From Auanema rhodensis (taxonomy: Eukaryota; Animalia; Nematoda): a stretch of DNA of 64,000 nt. Each line of letters starts with the position of its first letter. Within the stretch, counting starts at the first letter, position 1. The stretch spans positions 7,998,001-8,062,000 of the forward strand of contig OZ059898.1 in the NCBI GenBank assembly GCA_964057225.1. Reading direction: 5' to 3'. Shown piece by piece: positions 1 through 11,955 of the stretch. The translations under genes and the position numbers were made by a program. Below the pieces are notes generated by a model that had not been told where the DNA came from, did no database searches, and saw only the letters and a list, made by a program, of their open reading frames with translations.

Positions 1-1982
1 AGAGATAACCTCAAGAGGGCTCAGAGGCAATGCTTATGAAGAAAACATATTAAAAAATTATCTTCAAGTCAGGTATTTCTGCTTGATGTTTCTTCTCTGG
101 CCACGCAAGTTCAAACTAAATTTGTATTTTGCAAGACTAGTTTGCATGCAAAATCAGAAAAATAGACATTATTTGATGAAAAATCCTGTGTATGATTTAC
201 TTGCAGCCCTTATTAGTATATTAAGGGATGTTCTGGCATAAGATTAAAAAAAAAGTTTTTGTCTTAAGTATTTCAAATGAATAAAATTAGCATATTCATG
301 AAGATTATAACATTATATACATATACATACATATATAGAAATATAAAGAAGAAACATATAATAAATTTGAAAAATCATCTGACAGACCATTTCTCTATTT
401 ACAAAAATAGATTGAAAACAAAAAAAACAAAATTCATGAAACTAGACTGATCGCAACATTTGGACAGCAAAATTGCGTCATTACAAACTGGCATATGTCC
501 AAATTTGATTCTATTTATAAGACAAACATATGTGAATCCCTCTTTGTAAGCATGACATAAAAAAATTCTTTGATGGTATGTATAATGAAAACTTGATTGA
601 AAATAGAATAACTACGAAAAGAATTAATATGAAATCTTATTATTGTCTGTATTTCTAGGATAAACATTTACAACCGCTATGTGTGAGAGTTCAGTGAAAA
701 GTGGGAATTATTTTCACGTAATTCACGTAAGCAAATATTACCACGTAATTCTTCCGGCTTCAATGAGTTTGATGGAACGTCAATCTAGATTTGCGTGAAA
801 TTTGAGAGTGGTTTTCCTTCAAATCAAAAAATTAAAAAAAATTAATTCGAATAGCAATGGAGTGCCCGTATCAGAAGCTTCATGACGTGAATCTAGACTG
901 TATCAAGTGGATCGAAAATCAAGATGCTACATTCCTGAAGACGAAGAGCCGGAATGCAACTTTAAAAAAAATTAAAAACGGGACACTTGTTCGCACATTC
1001 CTTTAAAGTCTCTCTTGGATAAGAAAAGAATATAGATATATTGCTAAACAGAAATAAAGAGAAAAGACAAAGCGTAATGTTTACCATTCAGAAAAAATGA
1101 AAACAATTGGTAAATCAAAAATCAGGAAAAATGATGATTAACAAGCATAACAAGGTTTGAAAAGTTCAATCAAGACAAAAATATTATAAATCGGAGATAA
1201 TCAGTTTAAATTAATTTCAATTTGAAAAAAAAATCTGTTTGTTTGGTATTCTCAAATTACAAAAAAATTATCATTATTCACGAAAACAGCTCATTACCTT
1301 AAACTGATGTTTAATGATTTTAAAATCAAAATTAAAATGTTTTAATTTCATAATCGACATTGAAGATGTTTTTTTCAATTATAATAAGAAAAATTCTAAT
1401 AGTTATATATATAATATTTATATAATAATCCCGTCTAAACATAATTAATAATAATATTATTATTATTATATGTATAAACTTTCAAATGAAGAAGAGTGAT
1501 CATTGACCTACGTTCCTGTTTCTTTGAAATTTTCTGTTTGCTTATGATTACGACCTTGTTTTCATACAATTTTTGATCCCAAAAATCTTTTATTTCTGAT
1601 ATAATATATTTCGTATTATAATCTCAATACTTTTTAAATATTCAATATTAATTCTAATTCTCTTGTTTTTGGTAATTTGTGCAAGTTTTCTCTGGTTTTT
1701 CCTTCTTCTCGCGCGGCAAAGAGCACTCCATACTCCTGGAACCCGAATGGGGCGGACGATCAGCAATAGCAGAAGAAGAACGATAAGAAGCGCACTGTAT
1801 TGAGAGCCCGAGAAGAGACATAGAGAAGAACTTGCCTTTGATATTTATATAGAATCCAGATTTACATACAACAGACAGGAGTTCCAGAGAAATAGACGCA
1901 TGGCGACAAATTACGGACGGAGCCAGCTGCTAACACTTCGGGTTCCGGCTCCGCCTACAAGCTTTGCCCTCCGGCAAACGGT

Positions 1983-1990
1983 ATAAAAGA
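1983..1990 (+). promoter_or_regulatory. TATA box of EB-module gene 1
   Basis: TATAAAAG about 70 nt upstream of ATG 2061, after a GC-rich proximal promoter. Confidence 0.7.
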
Positions 1991-2060
1991 ACGGTCTGTG
2001 CTCAGGTACCCATACAGTCGACTTGACTCTTGCATTCTTCTGTTCCAGTTCCATATCAAG

Positions 2061-4432
2061 ATGTTCCGTTTAACGATCGCTTGCACACTTCTGGCTCTCA
2101 GCTCGGCTCAATATCCAGGTAAATACTTCAAAATATTTCAACCACAACATTTTACAAATACATAATATATAACTACCCTTGTTTACTATATGTTTATAAC
2201 TTTACACATTATTTCTCATCATTCATCTAAAACCTTTATTCTCCAGACTTAAAAGGGGGGGGCACAACTATTTCTATATTAACTTTTTAACTTTTTTCGT
2301 GTCAAAGAGCTGTAACATATCAAGGAGGATATCTTCATAAAAGTTTAATTTGACACCCTTATATTCCCTTATAAACCATATCAACTATCAATAATAAAAA
2401 TAAAACAACATACTGATACCCCTTATACCCGTAACCGACTCTTCCAGCCGCTCCATTGTACTCCGCCTGCGGACCATCAGTCGCCTGTGCAGTGCCCAAT
2501 GTGTGCCAAGCCAACGTGTGTGTACCAACAGCACCAGTAGCTGCTGCTCCAATGCCAGCACCAGCTCCTGTCTATGCTGCTCCAGCACCAGCTCCTGTCT
2601 ATGCTGCTCCAGCACCAGCTCCTGTCTATGCTGCTCCAGCCCCAGCTCCTGTCTATGCTGCTCCAGCCCCAGCTCCTGTATACGCCGCACCAGCCCCAGC
2701 TCCTGTATATGCTGCCCCAGCCCCAGCTCCCGTGTATGCTGCTCCTCAACCTCCAAGAGTTCCAGCTCCCATGGTTGCTGCTGCTCCAGTTGCTCCAGTA
2801 GTTGCTGCTCCACCTGCCCCAATCATTGCTGCTCAGCCAGTCGCCTGTTCTCCAGGATGTCTTGGAGCTTCCGCGTAAGTTTTTTGATCGAACTCCAGCT
2901 CATTCGTCGTGCATATTGGGATTTAGATGCACAATTATTTATTTCTGGAGTTAACATGTCATTTTCTATTCCTTAACTGCACCCCGTTTAGATGTGTTGC
3001 TGGAGCTTGTCAGTGTGCTAACCCAACTGTTGCCTACAGTCCTGTTGTCGGGTGTGCTCCAGCTATTCCTGCTCTTCCAGTTGCTCCAGTCGTCCCTGTC
3101 GTTCCCGCTCCAGTTGTTGCTGGACGTCTCATTCCTCAAGCTCTCCCAGGAGCCTCATGCGAACCAGGAGTTGAATGCACTGGAGGATCTGTCTGCTCCC
3201 TCGGAATCTGCCTCTGCCCCCCTGAGCTCGTCCAGGAAGGAACTGTCTGCGTTGCCAGAACTATCTACGGAGTCGTCCCACCACCAGTTGTTCCAGTAGC
3301 TCCAGTTATTCCAGTAAGTTCAAGTTTCAATATCAAACAAAAATAGAATATAATCGAATCTCTTGGCAAAGCTTATAGCTATCGAATATGTTTTTAAATT
3401 TTGTCAAAAAAAAGTGCTATTGGCATAATAGCTGTCATAATCTAGTGCTCAGTCAATCAAGAAAATCAAAAAACCTGATCCAAGCAGAAACTAGTTTGGA
3501 GCCCTCGATTCTCTTTTGACTGGCTCGTTTTCCTCTTATTCATAGTTAGCTATGAGCTTCACAGAGACTTTGAATTCAACGTATTCCTATTCTTTTATTC
3601 TTTGCTCTCTCTGCCTCTTTCAAAAATTCTTCAACTCTTCGACATCGCATGGTTTGAAGTTGTCAACATTCTGACCACATATTTATTCATCATTGGGCCG
3701 AAAGATATGTGCAATGAGAACATCATCAGACTGGTTTTCTGCCATTGATCTGGCTTCTGAATAATCAGTATATCAATCAATGTGCACCGGAAATCAAAAT
3801 GATATGAAAGCACTTCATCTTTCGAGTCACCTATGCGTTTAACAAATTTAATTCAAATTTTTGAAAGAGGTATTTGCAGAGAATGAATTCAAGTTTATAC
3901 ATTTATTGAATGTTATATAAATTCAGTCATTTTATTCCCTGGTGTATGGTTAACTAACATTTCAAATAATTAACTATTTATGTCAACCTGATTGTTATCA
4001 GCTTGATCATCATGAACGTATACAAGACCTTGTTGTATGGTACTTCATGATGATCTAGTTAGCATGCATATTATTATTTTCCTGTCTTAATTAGATGGAT
4101 TCGCAGGTTGCCCTTGGAGCTCCTTGCGTTGCTGCCGCTCCAGCCTGCGTTCCAGGAGCTGTTTGCTCTGCCGGACTCTGCCAATGTGCTCCAGCCTACG
4201 CCCCTATGTCCGGAGGATGTGTCTTGAGAAGTATGAACTGATATCCTCCTTATTACTAACCCATTTTTCACATTATCTAATCGTTGCTTGCTGTCATTGA
4301 CCCCAGTCACGTTGTTTCATGACTAGAGACATAGACAAAAGTTTCGTCGATTCAGAAATGTAAAAAAAACAAGTTTTAATAATAATTATTACATGTAATT
4401 AGCTGTTTTTTATTATTTTTATTTCAGAGTAA
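2061..4432 (+). CDS. Secreted Ala/Pro-rich, Cys-rich EB-module protein (cuticle or apical ECM-like)
   Basis: Exons 2061-2118, 2448-2874, 2992-3313, 4107-4230 and 4428-4432 join in frame via GT-AG introns. Signal peptide MFRLTIACTLLALSSAQ; (VYAAPAPAP)x7; EB motif PGASCEPGVECTGGSVCSLGICLCPPELVQEGTVCV; AATAAA near 4534. Confidence 0.88.
2555..2746 (+). repeat. 27-bp coding tandem repeat, 7 copies (VYAAPAPAP)
   Basis: Unit approx. CCAGCTCCTGTCTATGCTGCTCCAGCA; Tyr codons every 27 nt from 2573 to 2735, differences between units mostly synonymous. Confidence 0.95.
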
Positions 4433-5138
4433 GAAACTGTGAAGAAGATCTATCACTCGACCGTTGAAGTCATTCAACTTCAGACGAAGATAACTTAACT
4501 ATGTTTGTACATTTTGATATGCAAAATATAAAAAATAAATTTTATACGGTTGAATTTATTGTTTATTCACTCTAATATGACATAAGAAAACAAATAATTT
4601 TACAATAAATTATAAAAATTATAATTAGAAATAGAAGTTCAATTAGAATAATATTTATTTTGAACTTGAAAAGGTTGAATTCAAAGACTCAAAATTTAAA
4701 AATATTTTTTGATTTTTGATTTATTCATATAAATATTCTTTTGAAATATTTTAATAATAAAACATTTCGTTTGATCTTTTATTGGCTTTCTATTGATTTC
4801 AAAGTTTAAGAAAACAACTTTTTTTTTCTTCTTCAGAAATTTCAACAAGGCATCGTATTACCGCTGACCTGATTGCTCTTACAATGCTCAACACATTCAA
4901 CATGTTACAAACAAATAGAAATTGGTTCTCAATCAAAAAAAGCTTTTAAAGCTTTAATGACTGAATGACCATCACATTCTCCGTTCGCGCTCCTCCTGTT
5001 CCTTGCGAATTTTGACCAAAAATCTTTGAATTAGTACAGACAACACTGACGGTTGTCTAGTCTATTCATAGAAATCTAACATCGTATACCTGAACATCTA
5101 TAAAAGGTTAAACGAACGTTTCTAAAATTCTTTCTAAT

Positions 5139-6326
5139 ATGTTTCCAACAACATATATTATTTTCATTTCATCTTTAATTTTATGTATAAATTCTGCACA
5201 AAATTTGAGTAAGTTTTAGAATAATTTCCTTAACTATATCTTTTAATATATTAAAATTTTAAAATTATTTTGAAAATATTTTAAACAAACATATTATGTT
5301 TTATATATTTTTTAATTTTATACATTTTCAGTTCCAATGTTTGGTGTTTGTAACAACAATGAATTATGTCAAGGTACAGCAATATGTAAGTTTCATATAT
5401 GCTTACCAGCTGAAGATCCAACACCCATAATCATTGAATATTCAAATGAGCCATCTATATCCGAGGTAATTAAATCAATTAAACTATATATATATTCAGA
5501 TATCCAGCTACAAGTTTAGTTTCTGTTTCTTTTTTTAGTCAACATTCTCAGCTTCAATTCCACAATCTTCGTATCAACATTCACTTCCAATACAATTTAT
5601 TCCACCGTCTTCAGTAGTAACTGATAATTCAGTTAAAATTCAAGCAACACAACAATCTGGAGCAATAGAGTTAGCTCAAGCTCATAGCAATGCATTGAAA
5701 CAAGCTATTATCTCAAATCAAAATCAGGCTCAATCTTCTGCTCAGAATGTTCAGAAGCCATTCCCAAAATCAGCAGTTATGTCTGTTGTGGTACAAGCTC
5801 CATCTGTAGCTCAACAACACTCCAAAAATGCAGCATCTAGCAATTCAATTTCAAAATTGTCTCTTCAATCTCAAACATCGAATCAGGAGATAGTCGGGTC
5901 ATCGAAATGTAAACCATACTGTCTCGGTACAGCCAGGTATATTTAACAAAAAAAACAACAACAACAGTAACTCTTATTTGAAAATTATTGTATTTTAGTT
6001 GTGTACAAGGGAGATGTACATGTTTAAATCGTGTATTATATTCTCGCTATACTGGTTGTAGCATTATAGCTGGTCATCCAATGATTGCTGTTCCTGTTCT
6101 TAATAATAATATATATTATCAGGTGTATATTTATATAAATAAAATATATAAACCTAGCATGATAAATCTTAAAAACTATAATATATTTCAGGCTGTACCT
6201 GGTGAGAAATGCGAAGGATTGACAGAGTGTACAGGAGGATCCGTTTGTTCAAACAGAAAATGTGCATGTCCTCCGGAATTAGCGCAACAAGGAAGAGTAT
6301 GTGTTTCAAGAGCGGAACTTATTTAA
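5139..6326 (+). CDS. Secreted EB-module protein, tandem paralogue of 2061-4432, with Ser/Gln-rich linker
   Basis: Exons 5139-5208, 5332-5465, 5539-5936, 5999-6122 and 6192-6326 in frame. Signal peptide MFPTTYIIIFISSLILCINSAQ; AVPGEKCEGLTECTGGSVCSNRKCACPPELAQQGRVCV; TATAAAAG at about 5099. Confidence 0.85.
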
Positions 6327-6829
6327 CTATTTTATGTTTTTTATGATCAAAAAACATAATTTATTCAATATCTCTTCTATAAGCTTTACTATAAATATAT
6401 AAATTATAAATTGTATCTCTATATCTATCTTGTATGTATATGATTTTTGATTTTTCTCTAAAATAATTATATTATATTCTTAGTTATTCATAAATATTTA
6501 TTTCAAGAAAATTATTTTTTTTCCCAAAAAAAATAAAGTTTTAAAATTTATTTTATAATCAAAGTGAATTTTTACATCACAATAATAAACCCAATAATAT
6601 TGAAGGCACACTGTTTACCCGAATGGCTTGTCATGCAAAACTATAATATTGTGCTGTGGCTCATCAATAATCTAAGTTAAAATGAAAATACTTAATCAAA
6701 CTTAACAATAATTCGGAATTATTTTTGTTATAATTATTGAATGTTCTTTTGATAATTAGATAAATAGCTCAATAAAAATATTAAAAAATTAAACGTTGTC
6801 CTAGCTGATACATGGAAGAAAAACATGAT

Positions 6830-9800
6830 TTAGAACTCAAAATCCCTGAATTTGTCTAAAATTTTTCGTTCGTCTTCCGTCAGTTGATTTATCTGAATAC
6901 CGGATCCAAACAAAACTATTTCATATGGTCTGAAAAGCAAATAATTCAAATAATTGTAATAATAAGTGTTCAAAGATTACTTATATGGTAAAAGTTCCAT
7001 AGATACTATTGGATGAAGTGATAATAGTGTACTAAGAACTGGTTCAGACTATAAATTATATAATTATAATGATTATATGAATAGTATTAATTTGAAACCT
7101 GAACAATCTTTCCAGCTTCAATTAGTACAGTATGTATGTTCAGGGTAGAACCAATGAGAGCATGTATGAATAGTCGATCTCCTCTTGAAGTGCTGCTTAT
7201 ACGGGTACGTAACACTTGAGATGATATATTTATATATATAATATATACATAAGATAATATACCTGATACAATATTATCAGAAGAAATCGATGGAATTAGA
7301 CCAGTTTTTTCAATTTTTCCAGTACCTTTTCCACGTTCTTCATAAATTTCGATAGTATTATCCTTAAATGCTATCAGCAGATAACATGATCGTCCTTCAA
7401 CTCTTTCCATTGTTACAATAGAAACATCACCCTGTAACCATATGAAACATATAGTATATAGTATAAATAAATATATAATCTAATAAATATTCATAATCAA
7501 TCATTCACATACCATTTTCATTAATTCCATTCGTTCACTTTTCATTTTTTTCTGTTGATGGCGATCAAGATCATTCCAAATTTGAAGTTTCTTAGAATTA
7601 CTTACATAACAACCCATAGGTCTACCATGGAAACAGATCATCTAATAAATAAATATATATATAATATGAAAACAAATTTTATTTACCGTATTTATATGAT
7701 GAAGTGGCTCTATTTGAGCAATAAACTTTTCACTAACTTCAAACTCATGTTCTCCGGATAATATGGCTACATAAGTTCTGAAATATAATAATAATTTATT
7801 AAATATTTATTATGAATATTTTAAAAAATTGTTAATAAAAGTTTAAATATTTTATGATAACTATCTATTAATGAATTTCATTACCTAATTGCTTTATCAG
7901 CATATCCGATGGCATATCTGAGCTTACATGGCATCGGCCGAAACTCCATAGATGGATCTAACGAAACATGTAATACTTCAATTGCATTACCATCCTCCAT
8001 GACACGAGAAACTCCTAGATCATGTAATCCAACCAAATTATCTGAAACATTTAAAATAATTTTTATATAAATATATATAATTAAGATATACCTTCTGTAT
8101 ACTGTAATGCTTTAATTCGAACATATGTTGCACTTCCAGCTACAATAAATGCTCCACGATTTTCTAATGAGAACGGTGTTACAGCCAGACAATGTGCTCC
8201 ATCAGTATGACCAGTAACTCGATGCCAACGATCTATAAATATTCAGAATAGAATCCATATTTTCTCAGATATTTATTTGAAACCTACCGTAATCTTTTTC
8301 GGATATTGCTACTTCACTATTTGAAGCATGTATAGCTAAATATGTTTCTCCTGCAGCTAAAATCTTCAAATCATTGATAGGTCCATGTGAGTAGAAATGC
8401 GCCAACATTGAACTGAAATCCAATCAAATAATATTTTTCAAATCTTAATTATATATACCTTGCTATGATAACATGATCATACTTTCTTGAACTATCAAAT
8501 GCCAAATGAAGTAATCCACCTGTTACGCTACCTAATATCTAAAATTCTTATAGTATATAGTTTATAATTTCATTCGAAATTCTTACCAAACCACTGTCTT
8601 CCATTAATACACATGTTATATGGTCAAATGGTGGTAAGGAAATAGGATTACCAGCATCGAAATATCGCTTATCTCTGCAAATATTTTTAGTTTTCATCAG
8701 TATAATCAATCTAGTTAGTATTGGAAAAACGGCGATCGCCTGATTAATTGGCAAAGAAACACAAAATGCAAAACCAAATACATGCGAGGTTTAAAAGAAA
8801 AATTTGAAAATTAGAAAGTTATGAAGTTCAATTGTTTAAAGGAAAAAGGGAGAAAAAAGTATTTCGTGCACAAACAGTTCAATAAAGTTCTTACCGAGAA
8901 TGAGACATGGGTTTTCCCCTTTGTCTAGAAACAATCAAATTTTCATTAAAAAATTTTTTTAAATAAATGTTTAAGAAAATAGGTTTTTGAATATTTGCTT
9001 TTGGGGAAAAAAAGTTTTTACCTGTTAAAGTATATGGGAAATACTCCTCTATCATCAGCCACATATACTCCTTCCAAAGGTGTCATGAGACATGCTGATG
9101 TCAAAGTTGTTTCATATGACGGATCCAAACTTATTGAAGCAACACTAGATAATTCAAATGAAGCTTGAACACTGAATTCTACAATAGAACATACCGTATA
9201 CCCTTACGCGGATAAATTGCTAAAGTTGTTAATCCAGACATACAGTACAGAGTTAACTCACGAGCATTATGATCGAGAAGAAAGTGACTAAAGCGATCCT
9301 AAATTTTTTTAAATTTCCTTTTTATTTTGAAAAAATATAGTTCGTACAGTTCTATCAGTTCGGAATTCATATATACTATGGCATAATATACTTCTCATAT
9401 CCTTTGGTGGATCAAGTTTTCCAGTTAATGATTCAATAATGTCTGATATCTTAAAATAAATATTATATGATATAGTTAATATTATAATAATTTTACTTTA
9501 CTATCCCAACCACTTATCAAATTTCTAACATCATTCATATTAATTTTTCTCATTAATTCTTCTACTTTCCATTTTCTAAATTGATTCATTAATTATATTT
9601 ATTTATTTATAATAAATATAAATTTTACTTTTCATCTAAAACTCCTCGACTTTTGCTTATTAAAGCTGCATTTCCTGTTTCTACACATTCATCATATATC
9701 TTTGCTACTTTTGCTAATTCTGCGGATTCCTAAAAATAAAATCTTTAATTTAATATATTTGTTGTATATAAGTTTTCACATTTTCTAAATCTTGTATTGA

Positions 9801-11955
9801 TTTATCTACTAAATCTGAATAATCTGATGCTTTAAACAAGAGTGACATTAATTTCCTCAATGAGATAAGACGATGAGAAATACGATCAGCGCGAATCTTA
9901 AACAGCATTTCTAATTAAGTTTCATTTCTAATATAAAGCTTACACAATGGTTTTTGAAACTCATTTTCAATTCAACAAATTCAACGTGTGCATCAGATGT
10001 ATCATCTTCAATGCCGGTATTACCATTAGTATCCGTTCCATTTGATTTTCCGTTCGGAATCTAAACTATTGGATACGAATCAGATGTTTCTAATTAAGTT
10101 TTCAACAACCTTTGCTTGTAATGCTTTAATCTTCTCAAACATTTCAGCTCTTTTGTCTCTTTGACTTTCCTCAAATGCTGTTAATCGTTGAACTTCCGAA
10201 CATAATGTTTCCATTAAGGAACAAAGATTATTTCGGCAACTAAATAATCGCTAAATATTTTCAAAATTAAAAACATTGAAAACCAAAAAAACGTTGAAAA
10301 CCTTAACAAGCAACATATCATCATAATCTTCATTTACAATACCAACTCGAATATATCCATCATAATATGCCATGTGTAATAATCCGCTATCCCTCCAAAG
10401 TAAACCTGCTTGGATTGGTCGGCTGAAAAAACAAATGTAAATACAACAGATTAATTCTTTTGATTATAAAGTAGTTTTTTTGTTTCTCAACAAAGTCAAA
10501 TAGATAGTTTATAAAACCTTACGTGCATTTGAAGCATAATAGACAAGCATAGTGTGATCCTTCATCTAAGCTTAACGAATAGTGATAGACACCTGTTTCC
10601 AGAAGAAATGTCAATAATAACTACAATATTTTCAATGTTATTCATCACATTAAGTCATTTACTGTTAAGTACATACTTCGGTTTTGCCTAGTTTTTCAAC
10701 ATTCACAGCAACTATTGAAGATGGCAATTGTAATACTCGCTCTTTCGTTACAACTGTTCCTTCAAACAGTTCATTGCTATGGATTAATATAGCATGTCTA
10801 TAGCCATATACGAAAACGTGATCTAGAAAAGAAAAAAATTGTTGTAGAAAACTTGAAAAATGAAATCTCAAAGTGAATTCTTGAAGTTGATTTCTCTAAA
10901 AGCCTAGATCTACTTACCGCTGTTTGTGGGTTGTATGATGCCAATTACAGTGTCTAAGCCTCCAAACAAGCCAATGTGTGTAACTCGAATTGGTAAGCCA
11001 GTGTTTTGTGATCGTTCTAGCTCAATAGGATGAACAACTTCAATATCTCCACCACTACCTGAAGTTAAAAAAAGACCGTTTTGGTTGAATCATTGGTGCT
11101 GTCAAAGAGTTTCATGAATAAGATATATATCAGATAATAATATTTAAAGTTTGATACTTATACATATAGTATATAGATAAGTATTGCATATATTCTTACA
11201 TCAATGACCTCATATAGGACTGATCTTTCTCTACATTATGCGATCAGTTTAGTGGAGAAAGAGGAAACGATCTTATTATCTGATAAAACTACTCTGCTAT
11301 CAAGTTTTAGTATATTAAACAAAAAATATATTTATTATTTATTTTTTGAAATCAACAATATTTCTTACCAGATAGTAATCGTCCATCTTTTATTCTGAGA
11401 AGTGCATGACGAGGTTTATTACTGGGATGCTGAATACTATAACCAGGTAGCAAAGCCCGGTATTGAACAGCAATTGGTCCCTCATGCATGGCACAATCAC
11501 CCTAGAATGCTAGGTATTAAGAGATATAATTCAAATAATGAACTTTTGTTAACCTAATATGTTTCAATATAATAAGACGATTAATATATAGAAATAACAG
11601 ACAGCCTATTGAGCTGAAATGGTACAAGTGAACAAAGTTGGAAGACAGATGGAATTCTGGACGAGTTCAAACAGATATGTGATTGCGAATTAGAGGATGA
11701 AGAAAGAGAGTTGAAGAATATGAGAGATAATGAGATAAGGGGTAGAGAAAAAATAGATATAGTATGACAGAATAGAACAAAATTATATGGAAAAAGGTTG
11801 AAATGTGAGAGAGGGATAATATCAGAAATAGAGAGAATCGAGTCAATGTAACGAAATACACTGCTGGTACTGGAAGTCAAGCGGAAAAAAGATGTACGAT
11901 CGAGAAGACGGCTCAACTGATTGTCAGATTCTATTAGGCGCTGATCATCAGCCAT
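6830..11955 (-). CDS. Large multi-exon protein of unknown identity: beta-rich N-terminus, central coiled coil, WD40/beta-propeller-like C-terminus
   Basis: More than 20 short exons join in frame via GT-AG introns (e.g. ...LCSEVQRLTAFEESQRDKRAEMFEKIKALQAK..., ...SHGPINDLKIL..., ...DRWHRVTGHTDGAHCLAV..., ending PYEIVLFGSGIQINQLTEDERKILDKFRDFEF*). Stop at 6830-6832. Start uncertain (MADDQ at 11955 or MHEGP near 11489). Confidence 0.75.

Noticed and set aside
857-1006. Short ORF MECPYQKLHDVNLDCIKW...
   Set aside because: About 49 codons, no splice partners or recognisable motif
2555-2746. Regularly spaced repeats as a CRISPR array
   Set aside because: Contiguous units without spacers, inside a eukaryotic exon
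2388-2976. Overlapping ORFs in other frames and strands (Gln/Glu/Leu-rich, Cys/Ser-rich, Trp/Ser-rich)
   Set aside because: Shadows of the stop-poor 27-bp coding repeat; only the Ala/Pro frame splices to a signal peptide and EB modules
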